Of a DNA stretch of 64,000 nt, positions 29,355-38,835 are shown piece by piece. Under the pieces are notes generated by a model, which ran no database searches, was not told the origin of the DNA, and saw only the letters and a list, made by a program, of their open reading frames with translations. The position numbers were made by a program, and so were the translations under genes. The DNA comes from Minisyncoccota bacterium (GTDB taxonomy: Bacteria > Patescibacteriota > Minisyncoccia > Phycocordibacterales > UBA9973). How positions within the stretch are numbered: the stretch's first letter is position 1; every line of letters begins with the position of its first letter. The stretch is from assembly GCA_039915165.1 (NCBI GenBank), contig JBDSNU010000018.1, positions 2,064 to 66,063 of the forward strand, in the 5' to 3' direction.

Positions 29355-32300
29355 TTATTTCGACTCATCTTTTAGTTTATTTCGTTGATCTTCCATGTGC
29401 TTATTGATATTTTGCCATGTTTTAAGGTGTGTTTCTGCCTTCTCCTTCTCTTTTAGTTTATCTAAAAAGGCTTGTTTAACATTTACATCATCAGGTGCAT
29501 TTACCCATGCTCTCTTTGCGGCATTTAAATCATTATTAATATCTTTAATATTGTACTTGCTCTGCTCTCTAACTTTAACGAGTTCCTGGTATTGTCTTAG
29601 GTCTTCTTTACGGTCCGCTTCTGCATCTTTGTCTGTTAATGGGGTATTTAGTTTTGTGCGGTGAGCATCAACACTTGTCTTTTCTGCTGCGTCGAGGATA
29701 TCGTACATAGTTTTTCCTTTCTTTGTGCCAGATTGAATACTCCCGTCTCGAATAATATCTTGTTGTTCAGCAAGCGTTAATTGTGTCTTAAAGCTAGGAC
29801 TAGTTTGATACATCTCCAAGCCAATCATATCCTGAAAACCTTTTGTAAGTGTATTTTCAATTTTTTCTAAGTCTGCTGTAATTTTTGATTTCTCTTTAAT
29901 CTTCTTCGCGGCTTTGGCATCACCTGCCGCACGAACCTCAGATCCCATGAGTGCCCCCACTGTTGCACCAAGGAGGTCGGCAATTTGTGCACCGCCTTCG
30001 CCTGTACTTGCTAATGCTGCTAATCCTTGAGTCACATAACCCCCCTTCTGAAGGTTTTTAGCAAAGTCTTCTCTGCGAGCAGAAGTAATTTCAGATGCTT
30101 TTTTCAAAGGCTCTGGTGCAGGCGGTATTGCAGCAATAGCTGTAACCACAGGGGCAGTTGCTGCTACTCGAGTCTTTTCTGTTTCGTAAGCGGTCGGGTT
30201 ATTTTTTTTCCAATCCTTTACATCTTTCATAGAAAGATTATTTGTTTTAGCGATTTCCTTATCGACAATACGATCAACTGTACGCTTTCTATCAGCACTC
30301 TTTCGTTCGTTATATGCCTTGATTTGGTCGTCTGACATTTTTTCTTCCAGCAATGTGTTCTTCTCTTCTTGAGAGGCTTGTCTACGTTTAATATCTGCTT
30401 CTATTCCACCTTTACGTTGATCTGTTCCTAATCCAAGACCTATTCCTGCAAGAGCGTTGAGAGGTTTTTGGTCAGCATTGATACCAAGTCGTGAGAAAAA
30501 TTGTTTACCTACGCCTGTTTGACGAACATCATAGGAACCATTACGTCCTGCATTAAGTCCACGTTGCAATGTTCGTCCGGTAAATCCAGCCAACCCACTT
30601 TTTGCTGCCATGTTACGAATGCCTATACCAACACGTGACTCATCAGTACGCTTAGCAAGTCCTCCTACAACTCGACCCCCGAGTAAGGCTGCACCACCTG
30701 TTGCTAGCCCTGCTGCAAGGCCGATTCCAGACGTTGCTAAGCTTTGTACACTCTTCCCTATTTCACCAGCAAAACTCTCGGCTGCTTTTTGTGCTGCACC
30801 GATCAAGAAGAAAATAATAACCATCGGGATGATGACACCAAGTGCTAGCGCAAAGAAGTTACCTGACGGATCTTCGTAACCAATTTGCTTGGCGAAATCA
30901 CTCGAAAGAAATGTAAATATAATGTATAAGAAAAAGATGAATACCGGGGCCATCATGGCATAGCTTGTCACTTCTTTGAGCCAATCACTCCAACGCAAAC
31001 GAGCAATACCTCCGAGTAATGGTATGTCTCGACTCAAAAATGCAAATGGAGAGAAGATCATACATATATAGAGTCCAACAACACGACCAACGAAAAGGAA
31101 TGTCACCTTGAAGAACATGACGGTAACACCTGCCATGATCAGTGCGGCAACTATACAAATAATACCGAAATAGTTGGCCTGGTCTCGCTCAGAATTACTC
31201 GCTACCGCACCTGTTTTTGTTGCGTCTACTTTTAATGCATTGCCTTCACTGGATGAGTCTGAAGTACTTTGCAATACGCTGGCTTGAAACAATTGTTGAG
31301 GGTTGAAGGCGGAAACTATTTTTTCTGATAGTGGCCAGTACCCTCCTGTTCCTTGTTTTGCATGCGCCGCATCACATTTCCCATCAACAATATTTACTGT
31401 ATCACAAACAATCATCTGACTATAAAACATACGGGCAGTAATATTTGAGATATCGATAATCACATGCGTAGCAAAAAGACTGAAGTTAATCAGTAAAGCA
31501 TTCACGATCAGGTTCGGGATCACTTTCTTCATCACTCCTGATTTGCTTGGGTCAAATACCGCAGAAAATCCAGTAAATACCATAATGATGATGAAAAATA
31601 CATTGGCGATATCGCGCACCAGTTTCCATCCAGTAATAGCAAATGCATAACGATATGATTGATCGCTTAAGGAGTATCCCAAGAAAAAGTCGAAAAGTTT
31701 ACCAAACAATCCTGCAACTGTGGCGACAAGCCAATACAGGCCGTAGGCAATTTGAGCCATACAGCCGTTAATAGTCCCTTTAGATACTGGATCAATACTA
31801 CATCGAGGAAGGTTGTCTGCAACTTCACGCCCGCCCGCAGTAGCTGTTTGGTTATTAGTTTGTGCTTGCACGGCAGCATCGTCTGCAGGAATAGAGATAG
31901 TAGAAGATTGTCCGATTTTGAAGTAGGTGCCGCCTTTACAGAGGGTCCCAAATGTACCAATAGTATCTCCCATACCATCCCCTTGATATAAAGCCGACCC
32001 ATTACCTTCAGCAGCATCGTCGGTTTTATTGCCACAATACCACATTGTAATTTCTACCGTACTTGGTTTAGAAAAAGTAACAGTATCAATATGACTAACT
32101 GTTCCTTCATTTTTTGTCCCAGTTATATTTCTGATAAAAGTATACTTGGCACCGCTTCTTGTACTTTTATCTAATATTGAAAAGTTAGCTAAGGTTGTTG
32201 GGTTTTTATACTCCCCTGTTCCACCTTTACTCTTTTGGTAAAGAGCACCTTGGTTATCAGTGAACTTACCAGAACCTTCAACAAGATAAGGCACAGTATT

Positions 32301-32714
32301 AAGCCAGCACTGCCCGGCACTATTTTTATCACAAACTCTGATTACAAAGGATTCAGGGTCATATATGTTTTCCCAAAAACCAGTTGTATCTTGTACATGA
32401 GCCCACTTTTTCTCAATCTCATCCTTATTCGAAGTTAAAAACCCTAAACTTATGTCTACCTTAAGCCCGACTACACTTTTATTTGAATTGTCTTGAATTA
32501 AAGACCCTGCTTGTGCAGGCGATACGCCGCTTCCAACCCCATCAAAGACAGTAAAATAGTTACCGTATTTGTTCAGTGTATTATCGTCGGGTGGAGCAGC
32601 AAAAGTTTTATGCGGGAAAATAGCTACCGCACATAAAATAGCGATAGTTAAAAAGAATGTTTTACTCAAACGAGAAAAGGGATTTTTTATACGACGAAGG
32701 AGACGTGCGGACAC
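29355..32714 (-). CDS. Large VirB6/TrbL-like polytopic membrane protein
   Basis: GWKLVRDIANVFFI, LLINFSLF, GRVVGLYICMIFSPFAF, multiple TM segments, charged coiled C-terminus. Confidence 0.8.
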   Translation of the reverse strand: MSARLLRRIKNPFSRLSKTFFLTIAILCAVAIFPHKTFAAPPDDNTLNKYGNYFTVFDGVGSGVSPAQAGSLIQDNSNKSVVGLKVDISLGFLTSNKDEIEKKWAHVQDTTGFWENIYDPESFVIRVCDKNSAGQCWLNTVPYLVEGSGKFTDNQGALYQKSKGGTGEYKNPTTLANFSILDKSTRSGAKYTFIRNITGTKNEGTVSHIDTVTFSKPSTVEITMWYCGNKTDDAAEGNGSALYQGDGMGDTIGTFGTLCKGGTYFKIGQSSTISIPADDAAVQAQTNNQTATAGGREVADNLPRCSIDPVSKGTINGCMAQIAYGLYWLVATVAGLFGKLFDFFLGYSLSDQSYRYAFAITGWKLVRDIANVFFIIIMVFTGFSAVFDPSKSGVMKKVIPNLIVNALLINFSLFATHVIIDISNITARMFYSQMIVCDTVNIVDGKCDAAHAKQGTGGYWPLSEKIVSAFNPQQLFQASVLQSTSDSSSEGNALKVDATKTGAVASNSERDQANYFGIICIVAALIMAGVTVMFFKVTFLFVGRVVGLYICMIFSPFAFLSRDIPLLGGIARLRWSDWLKEVTSYAMMAPVFIFFLYIIFTFLSSDFAKQIGYEDPSGNFFALALGVIIPMVIIFFLIGAAQKAAESFAGEIGKSVQSLATSGIGLAAGLATGGAALLGGRVVGGLAKRTDESRVGIGIRNMAAKSGLAGFTGRTLQRGLNAGRNGSYDVRQTGVGKQFFSRLGINADQKPLNALAGIGLGLGTDQRKGGIEADIKRRQASQEEKNTLLEEKMSDDQIKAYNERKSADRKRTVDRIVDKEIAKTNNLSMKDVKDWKKNNPTAYETEKTRVAATAPVVTAIAAIPPAPEPLKKASEITSARREDFAKNLQKGGYVTQGLAALASTGEGGAQIADLLGATVGALMGSEVRAAGDAKAAKKIKEKSKITADLEKIENTLTKGFQDMIGLEMYQTSPSFKTQLTLAEQQDIIRDGSIQSGTKKGKTMYDILDAAEKTSVDAHRTKLNTPLTDKDAEADRKEDLRQYQELVKVREQSKYNIKDINNDLNAAKRAWVNAPDDVNVKQAFLDKLKEKEKAETHLKTWQNINKHMEDQRNKLKDESK

Positions 32715-32744
32715 TCGTATAGTGTATCACGTAAGCGTTATTAT

Positions 32745-33854
32745 TTACCACAAGTTAATGCGCAAAAACTTTTCTGTAACTGGTGCAATAATATCTAAGT
32801 CACCTAATGATGATCCTGTAGTCGGTACGGATTGTGGAGAAGAAAATGTAACCAATCCATATGGTCCACGGATAAGAGAAACACCAGGCAAGAGCTGGTC
32901 AATGCCATGTGCCGGTAATGGAACTTCTGGATTATCATCGTTGTTATCATGCACGGCAGTTGTATGAGCAAGTCCGTATCCAGAGAATGTTAGGAACGAA
33001 AGACTGTCCTGTGCAGGATCAGAAGTAGGGATAGTAACCCCTGTTTTATTCTTAACATAGGCTGCAATTTCAGGGTTATTGTAATATGATCGCCAAAATG
33101 GTGTAGCAATGTGAAGTTTCAAGCGAGGGTCGTTTGCGCCGTTGCTATTAATAGCTGGAAGTTTCGATTCACAGTATGCATAGAGTTCCAATATAGAATC
33201 AGCCTTATTTTTAAAGGCATCATGGTTGGCTAGTTCAGTTTCTACATCAGTATCATTGTGAAGTGTTTGTGCTAGTGTATAAAATCTACTTTGCAAAATA
33301 TTTAATTGAGCAAGCTGGTCTGCAGTAAAAGGAATGGTAATGTCATCATCACTACATACTGAAGCACTGCCGGCATTTGAGTTGCCGGGCGAGTTTGCAT
33401 CTCCTCCTGAATTGTTATTACTACCATTTGCACCAGTACCTGTTGAGCCATTTGCCCCACTGCCATTGCCTGTAATAGGGTTATTTGCTCCAAAACTACC
33501 AGCAAGACTTGTTGTACCATTAGTAAAGTTACTGATATTAACATTTCCTGTACCGCCGATACCAATCCCTCCTAGTCCACTTGTATCAATAGTACCGTCA
33601 CCTCCAAAACCATTTGCCCCTGTTGTTGACCCATTGTTATTTTTTGGAGTGCCATCAGCATTGAATTGAGAAGTGCCTTCACCAGGTAGTATCGCCGCCG
33701 CATCCTTCTTTGTACTCAGTCCAAGAAATTGTCTGAAGGTTAATGGCGCAGCGCCATTTTTAATAGCTTTATTCCGTCCAATAAGCCAGATAATACCTAA
33801 GATAAGGAAAAATACAGCGATAAGAGTAAGGATAATTTTTAGGATGCGATTCAT
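32745..33854 (-). CDS. Membrane-anchored Gly/Asn-rich hypothetical protein
   Basis: N-terminal TM, low-complexity linker, helical domain. Confidence 0.7.
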   Translation of the reverse strand: MNRILKIILTLIAVFFLILGIIWLIGRNKAIKNGAAPLTFRQFLGLSTKKDAAAILPGEGTSQFNADGTPKNNNGSTTGANGFGGDGTIDTSGLGGIGIGGTGNVNISNFTNGTTSLAGSFGANNPITGNGSGANGSTGTGANGSNNNSGGDANSPGNSNAGSASVCSDDDITIPFTADQLAQLNILQSRFYTLAQTLHNDTDVETELANHDAFKNKADSILELYAYCESKLPAINSNGANDPRLKLHIATPFWRSYYNNPEIAAYVKNKTGVTIPTSDPAQDSLSFLTFSGYGLAHTTAVHDNNDDNPEVPLPAHGIDQLLPGVSLIRGPYGLVTFSSPQSVPTTGSSLGDLDIIAPVTEKFLRINLW

Positions 33855-33864
33855 ATGATAAATA

Positions 33865-36105
33865 TTATATAGCTATGTTTTTATAGAAGAAATTACTCGA
33901 CTCAGTTGCATGGGCTTCGATAGGGTCTTGCACATCAAGTTGTTCTTGTGGTGCGACGGGCACTATAGGACTATTGTCTATCACATAGGCATTGTTAATA
34001 CATTGTAAGTCAACAGGGTTTCCCTGTGCCGCACGGCTTTTAATATAAGCTGCCTTGGCAGTGCCAACAATATCATTAATTTGCTTCTGAATTACCAACA
34101 TTTGACGAATATTGTTTTCTGTTTGTCCGATATTTGTATCGTACTGTGCATCAATAGCAGAAGCAGCCTTGTTGTATCCCAAAATGCTATAGAGATTGAT
34201 CTTTGTATCAGCCAAGAATCCATCCGCATAGCTCTTGTCGGCATCGTTTTGTCCTGCGATAAGAAATGCATGTTCAACAGGCGTTGCACTATATGGAGTT
34301 GGAGAAACAGCGTCTGTAAAAGGTTGTAGTGTATTCCAATATGAATATTGTTCTGTAACAAGGTTAAAGGCGTTGTGATATCCTGCAGAAATTTTTGCAG
34401 CATTATCGTCGTCGGCATGAGCCCATGTCGTATAAAATACTCGAGGTACCTGAATAGCGGCACCGCTTACTGGATCATTCAAATACCCAGGAGTAGTCCA
34501 TATTGGAGGAGCTTCCCCAGCGTGATCACCAATCCCTAATATTGTGCCAAGAAATGACCCAATAATTGGCAGGCTTTCAACTATTTTGTGCGAAGTAGAT
34601 GTTTTTGTTGGATCATCCTGTACGAGTGGTCCAAACATTGCTTCTAGGTTGGCTGCTGCACCCGCTGACCATGTAGGTGTAGGTCCAGGAATACAATAGT
34701 CCAATGCCCCTAGGTTAGGAATAATACGGTTAATTGCAGTCTGTGCGTCTTTGGTGCGAACAAGAAAGTCATATTGTGTTTGTAGTATAAGGCGGAATTG
34801 TTGCGGTCGTGAAATATCAAAGTTCTGATCAATGCCGTTTCCTCCCTTTGATGCCTGGTATCCAAGCGAAGCGGTGTCGCTGACTGTTGAGTTGAGAGCG
34901 TTGCCGTTACTGTCTAATACAACATTGTCTCCAGAAGAACTAAATCCAAAATCAACAGTGCTTCCCTGACTGCCACTACCACGCAACCCTTTTGATAGAA
35001 GACTATTTACAAAACTATCAAAAAATCCGCCAAGCACCTCGTTGATTTTGTCTGCATACTCTAGTTGTCGAATCGGCGAAGTTGTAATAGCCTGCACTTG
35101 AGCCGCAATGATCGATCCAGGCGTATCAGTTTGCCATTGTATACAAGTTGGATTGGTCGAAAGACCTCCAGAAATTGCTGTACTAGAAGAAGTAAAACTA
35201 TTATCCGCATATTGCACACAGTGTTTCATATCAAGAAATCCATTGTTGCGCTGGATTTCATCTTTTGAAGACTGTTGTTCAGACGCGACTTTTCGGGCGA
35301 GGTTATCAGTAGCAGTAAAGAGTGCACCAATAGAGTTATATTGAGGATTAAGAAAAGAGTCCCACCCCCCATTTGTGAAATTACCTAAAAATGAAGTGTA
35401 GGCTTTTGCTTGGGGGGTATCTGGATATACATTGAGTAATCCATCAGAGCGACCGGTAATGCCCTGACGAATACCTGACTCGAGAGCATTACCAAAAATA
35501 GAGTCAGACTGTGGCAGGTCTGCTAAGTATGACTTTATTTGATTGTTGGCAATTGTTTTTAGGAAAGAGTTACTGTTTTGAACATATAGAGGGTTACCGT
35601 TGAGGCCTGTATTTACCCAGTTCAATGTTTTATTAGTTACTTGTGCCAATGTGTTTTTTGCAACAGCGTATGCGATACCGTTCAAACAGTTTGTTGTTCG
35701 ATTGGCGGAATCAATTTTTGCCTGAGTCTTTTCGTCAGTAGTAGACACTGGATCGCTATCACCCCCATTATTAAAGGCAGATTTAATACTTTTGGCAAAA
35801 CTAGTATTTGAAAGGAAGTCGCTGGCAGTATTTGCTAAAAAACCACCAACATTGGTACAGCTAGCGATCGCGCCACCCACGCCGCTGATAGATATCCCTT
35901 GATATGAATTTCCAGAATTAATTTTGACATTAGGATTAAATTTCTGCAGTGTTGGAGATGCTGCCTTGTTCAAACACTGTGTACGAGCTGTTCCAGTAAG
36001 AGTAGTGCAGTCAGTAGTAACCGCAGCTGCTACTGATTGCGGTAGTGAAAAAGCAATAATACCGATGACTGCGATGCCTATAATACTTTTTTTACTGAAT
36101 GACAT
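33865..36105 (-). CDS. Large secreted hypothetical protein of the T4SS-like cluster
   Basis: Signal peptide; CLNGIAYAVAK..TLNWVNTGLNGNPLYVQN, GGWD, NGFLDMKHC, TPGSII, ADKINE. Confidence 0.75.
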   Translation of the reverse strand: MSFSKKSIIGIAVIGIIAFSLPQSVAAAVTTDCTTLTGTARTQCLNKAASPTLQKFNPNVKINSGNSYQGISISGVGGAIASCTNVGGFLANTASDFLSNTSFAKSIKSAFNNGGDSDPVSTTDEKTQAKIDSANRTTNCLNGIAYAVAKNTLAQVTNKTLNWVNTGLNGNPLYVQNSNSFLKTIANNQIKSYLADLPQSDSIFGNALESGIRQGITGRSDGLLNVYPDTPQAKAYTSFLGNFTNGGWDSFLNPQYNSIGALFTATDNLARKVASEQQSSKDEIQRNNGFLDMKHCVQYADNSFTSSSTAISGGLSTNPTCIQWQTDTPGSIIAAQVQAITTSPIRQLEYADKINEVLGGFFDSFVNSLLSKGLRGSGSQGSTVDFGFSSSGDNVVLDSNGNALNSTVSDTASLGYQASKGGNGIDQNFDISRPQQFRLILQTQYDFLVRTKDAQTAINRIIPNLGALDYCIPGPTPTWSAGAAANLEAMFGPLVQDDPTKTSTSHKIVESLPIIGSFLGTILGIGDHAGEAPPIWTTPGYLNDPVSGAAIQVPRVFYTTWAHADDDNAAKISAGYHNAFNLVTEQYSYWNTLQPFTDAVSPTPYSATPVEHAFLIAGQNDADKSYADGFLADTKINLYSILGYNKAASAIDAQYDTNIGQTENNIRQMLVIQKQINDIVGTAKAAYIKSRAAQGNPVDLQCINNAYVIDNSPIVPVAPQEQLDVQDPIEAHATESSNFFYKNIAI

Positions 36106-36109
36106 ATTG

Positions 36110-37012
36110 TTATGAAGTAAGTATACCGTATTTTGTTAAATAAATATCTAGATCGTACAATGCATTTTGTCCACGAGTGAAATACACTTTATATAAAGCC
36201 ACTCCAACTAGCGCTTGTGTCCCGTTATCTTCCATTTGCTGCAGGTAGCCAAACGATGTTGCGACACCAGTGAAACTATTAATCATATCGAGGTGATATT
36301 GCGCTACCCCAACTGGAACTTTAATAGCCACAAGTTCTTTTGCCATTGCAGTATAGGCATCGCCAATCGGTGTTAGTTGCGGTAATTGGCTATAGTCACC
36401 TGTTTCAGCTGCTTGCACAATAATAGTGATATCACCTTGTTCCAGGTTGTATTTATTGATTATTTTTGCCACAGCAGTACGGTAAGTCTTTAAAGAAGCC
36501 GTAGAGGTTGGCACAGTGTGAATGTTTTTGAGCGAATATTTATTACTAATTGAGTCAACGTTTACTGATGAGCCAAGTTGGTCAGCTACACTTTGTAGTG
36601 CAGTGTCATCAATAGCATCATTTTGACTCAATGCAGTGGTAATACTAAAGAGTTTTTGTGCAATGGCATCTGTTTCATTTTGTGGTGCACCGGTACTTGT
36701 ATCTGTAATCCCTAATGCCAACTTCTTTTCTTTGATGATTTGTTCATTTGTTTTGCCATTTGTATATAAAACCGTCGGATCAAGTCCCCACAGCTTTTCT
36801 TCCCAGTCAGGTATGCCATTTCCGTTAGAGTCTTTTGATGTCAAATCACTAATACTCAGGTTACCGATATCAGCTTTTGTCGCCTTTTTTGTTTTATGAA
36901 AAATATTATAAAACCAGTTTGTTTGCACAACCAAAATAATCGCTATTACTCCAATAGCGATCCCTCCACGGATTAAAAATTGTTTACTAGGACCAGATGT
37001 TGTTGGGGGCAT
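36110..37012 (-). CDS. Membrane-anchored protein with a TSP3-like Ca-binding motif
   Basis: TM followed by DSNGNGIPDWEEKLWGLDP. Confidence 0.72.
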   Translation of the reverse strand: MPPTTSGPSKQFLIRGGIAIGVIAIILVVQTNWFYNIFHKTKKATKADIGNLSISDLTSKDSNGNGIPDWEEKLWGLDPTVLYTNGKTNEQIIKEKKLALGITDTSTGAPQNETDAIAQKLFSITTALSQNDAIDDTALQSVADQLGSSVNVDSISNKYSLKNIHTVPTSTASLKTYRTAVAKIINKYNLEQGDITIIVQAAETGDYSQLPQLTPIGDAYTAMAKELVAIKVPVGVAQYHLDMINSFTGVATSFGYLQQMEDNGTQALVGVALYKVYFTRGQNALYDLDIYLTKYGILTS

Positions 37013-37023
37013 AGATTATATGA

Positions 37024-37392
37024 CTAAAAGCCGAAATATGAAGTGGTACCGGAAATGTTGTAATTACTTGTTTTGCGTACAGGAAAAGGAAGTTGTACGC
37101 CGAATGCTGTAATTTGACACGTACTAAAATCGGGAATGATACTTGTCGTGCCCAAAATCCAATCTCCTACTCGCGGAGTTTTTGAAAGGCTATTTGCATA
37201 CAGAGGAATACCGCTAATATTTGAAATGACCACAGGTCCAGTGCCTGCGCCTGTACAAGTAACAAGGGGGACAGTGGTTAATTTAACTTTGCCACCAAAA
37301 GATTTAGTAAGCGGGTTGGATGCATATGTTGCCAAAGGGATAATTATAAGTACTGCAATTATTGCAAGACTGATGATCATATGTTTTTTCAT
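37024..37392 (-). CDS. Small secreted hypothetical protein
   Basis: Signal peptide, FGGKV..C..WILG..C. Confidence 0.68.
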   Translation of the reverse strand: MKKHMIISLAIIAVLIIIPLATYASNPLTKSFGGKVKLTTVPLVTCTGAGTGPVVISNISGIPLYANSLSKTPRVGDWILGTTSIIPDFSTCQITAFGVQLPFPVRKTSNYNISGTTSYFGF

Positions 37393-37430
37393 TTTTTTAT
37401 TATAGCCTGTTCTAGTTTTTCAACCTAGTG

Positions 37431-38225
37431 CTATTGCAGGGCCTGCGTGAGTTTTTTCCATGTTGCAAGCGAAATGTCTTCTGGGCGTGTCTTACTATCT
37501 ATGCCGCTTTTTTCTAGTGCTGCTGCTGTTTTTTCTTTATCTCCTAATAGTTCAGCCAGGCTACCTCCGATCTGTTTACGCTTTTTGCCAAATACGCCTT
37601 TTAATACCTTGAAAAACAATGCTTCATCAGCGTCAACGAAGAAGTCACGGGTAATCCCCTCTATTAATAGTATTGCTGAATCAACAGTTGGTGGAGGTAC
37701 AAAAGATCCTGGCGGTACCTTTGCGATAATTTTTGGTACCCCATAGGCCTTCACAGCTATAGAAAGAATACTTTCCTTACTGTCACGAGCAATAATCCGC
37801 TCCGCGACCTCTTTTTGAATAAGAATTACAATACATTCTGGTTGAAACGGTGTGCTCAAGAATTTTTCAATGATTGCTCCAGTTATATAGTATGGAATGT
37901 TAGCGATCAATTTATAGTGTGGGGATGCGAACTGACTCGAGAGTAATGAGGGGTCGAACTTAAGAATATCTGCTTCGATAAGTTCAAAACTATTATCAGC
38001 AATGTATTGCGAATACTTCTCTTCAAGTAATGGGATCAGGTCACGATCTTTTTCGATAGCGACAACCTTTTTTGCTTTTCCTACCAGTAAGTCAGTTAAT
38101 GCTCCTGTGCCCGGCCCAATTTCAAGAACACTATCTTCTGAGCCAACCTGTCCAGCTTCTAAAATTTTTCTGAGGGCACTTTCTGATTTTAAGAAATGTT
38201 GCCCGAGATGTTTTTTTGCTTGCAT
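37431..38225 (-). CDS. rsmA: 16S rRNA m6(2)A dimethyltransferase
   Basis: KKHLGQHFL, EIGPGTG, IANIPYYIT, QKEVAER, FVPPPTVDS. Confidence 0.96.
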   Translation of the reverse strand: MQAKKHLGQHFLKSESALRKILEAGQVGSEDSVLEIGPGTGALTDLLVGKAKKVVAIEKDRDLIPLLEEKYSQYIADNSFELIEADILKFDPSLLSSQFASPHYKLIANIPYYITGAIIEKFLSTPFQPECIVILIQKEVAERIIARDSKESILSIAVKAYGVPKIIAKVPPGSFVPPPTVDSAILLIEGITRDFFVDADEALFFKVLKGVFGKKRKQIGGSLAELLGDKEKTAAALEKSGIDSKTRPEDISLATWKKLTQALQ

Positions 38226-38557
38226 TATAATAACTGCTTAAGAATTGTTAGTGTGGTTGATAGGGCTTCAGCTGGACATTTTTCAACAAAAGTCGCATTG
38301 CGCTTCCCCCAGTCCAATGAGCGAATATGGTTCGGTAAAATATATCCAGAAATAGTCTTTGCCTCGAAGTGGACTTCTAATGGGAACGACTTAGATTTGC
38401 TTGTAATTGGACAGCATAGAATCACAGTAGACCGCTTGTTATAACTATTAATTGAAACAACGAGTGCTGGGCGTTTTCCCGACTGCTCATGACCTTTTGT
38501 GGGATCAAAAGAAACCCAAACAATATCTCCTTGTTGCGGGGTTCGCTGAGCTACCAT
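38225..38557 (-). CDS. mazF: MazF/PemK endoribonuclease toxin
   Basis: GDIVWVSFDPTKGHEQSGKRPALVVS, CPITS. Confidence 0.93.
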   Translation of the reverse strand: MVAQRTPQQGDIVWVSFDPTKGHEQSGKRPALVVSINSYNKRSTVILCCPITSKSKSFPLEVHFEAKTISGYILPNHIRSLDWGKRNATFVEKCPAEALSTTLTILKQLL

Positions 38558-38793
38558 ACTTCTTCTCCTAGTGTGTCTCCCCACTCGATCTCGTCATGGC
38601 TATTTTTTGGAGTAATTTTTTTGAGTAACTTTTCAATATCAATTTTTTTCTGAGGAGCAAGTTCTATGATCATTTTTTGGTGCTGTGTGCTAATCAGCAG
38701 AACCTTTCCTTCCTGTGCTCCAATTGCTTCTGCTACGTCTTTCGGAATTCGGATGCCCAGGCTATTACCCCATTTTTGTACTGTTGTTGTCAT
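38551..38793 (-). CDS. mazE: MazE/AbrB antitoxin
   Basis: VQKWGNSLGIRIPK, EIEWG..GEEVW. Confidence 0.93.
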   Translation of the reverse strand: MTTTVQKWGNSLGIRIPKDVAEAIGAQEGKVLLISTQHQKMIIELAPQKKIDIEKLLKKITPKNSHDEIEWGDTLGEEVW

Positions 38794-38827
38794 GCGGTAA
38801 GTATACACAATGTATATACTTACCGCA
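38793..38827. promoter_or_regulatory. mazEF operator palindrome overlapping the -10 box
   Basis: tgcggtaagtata-cacaatgta-tatacttaccgca; contains TATACT 6 nt before the mazE ATG. Confidence 0.75.
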
Positions 38828-38835
38828 ATCTATTA

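Noticed and set aside
33334-33669. Low-complexity Gly/Asn- and Pro/Thr-coding repeats (also 59340-59660)
   Set aside because: Protein linker composition, not DNA-level arrays
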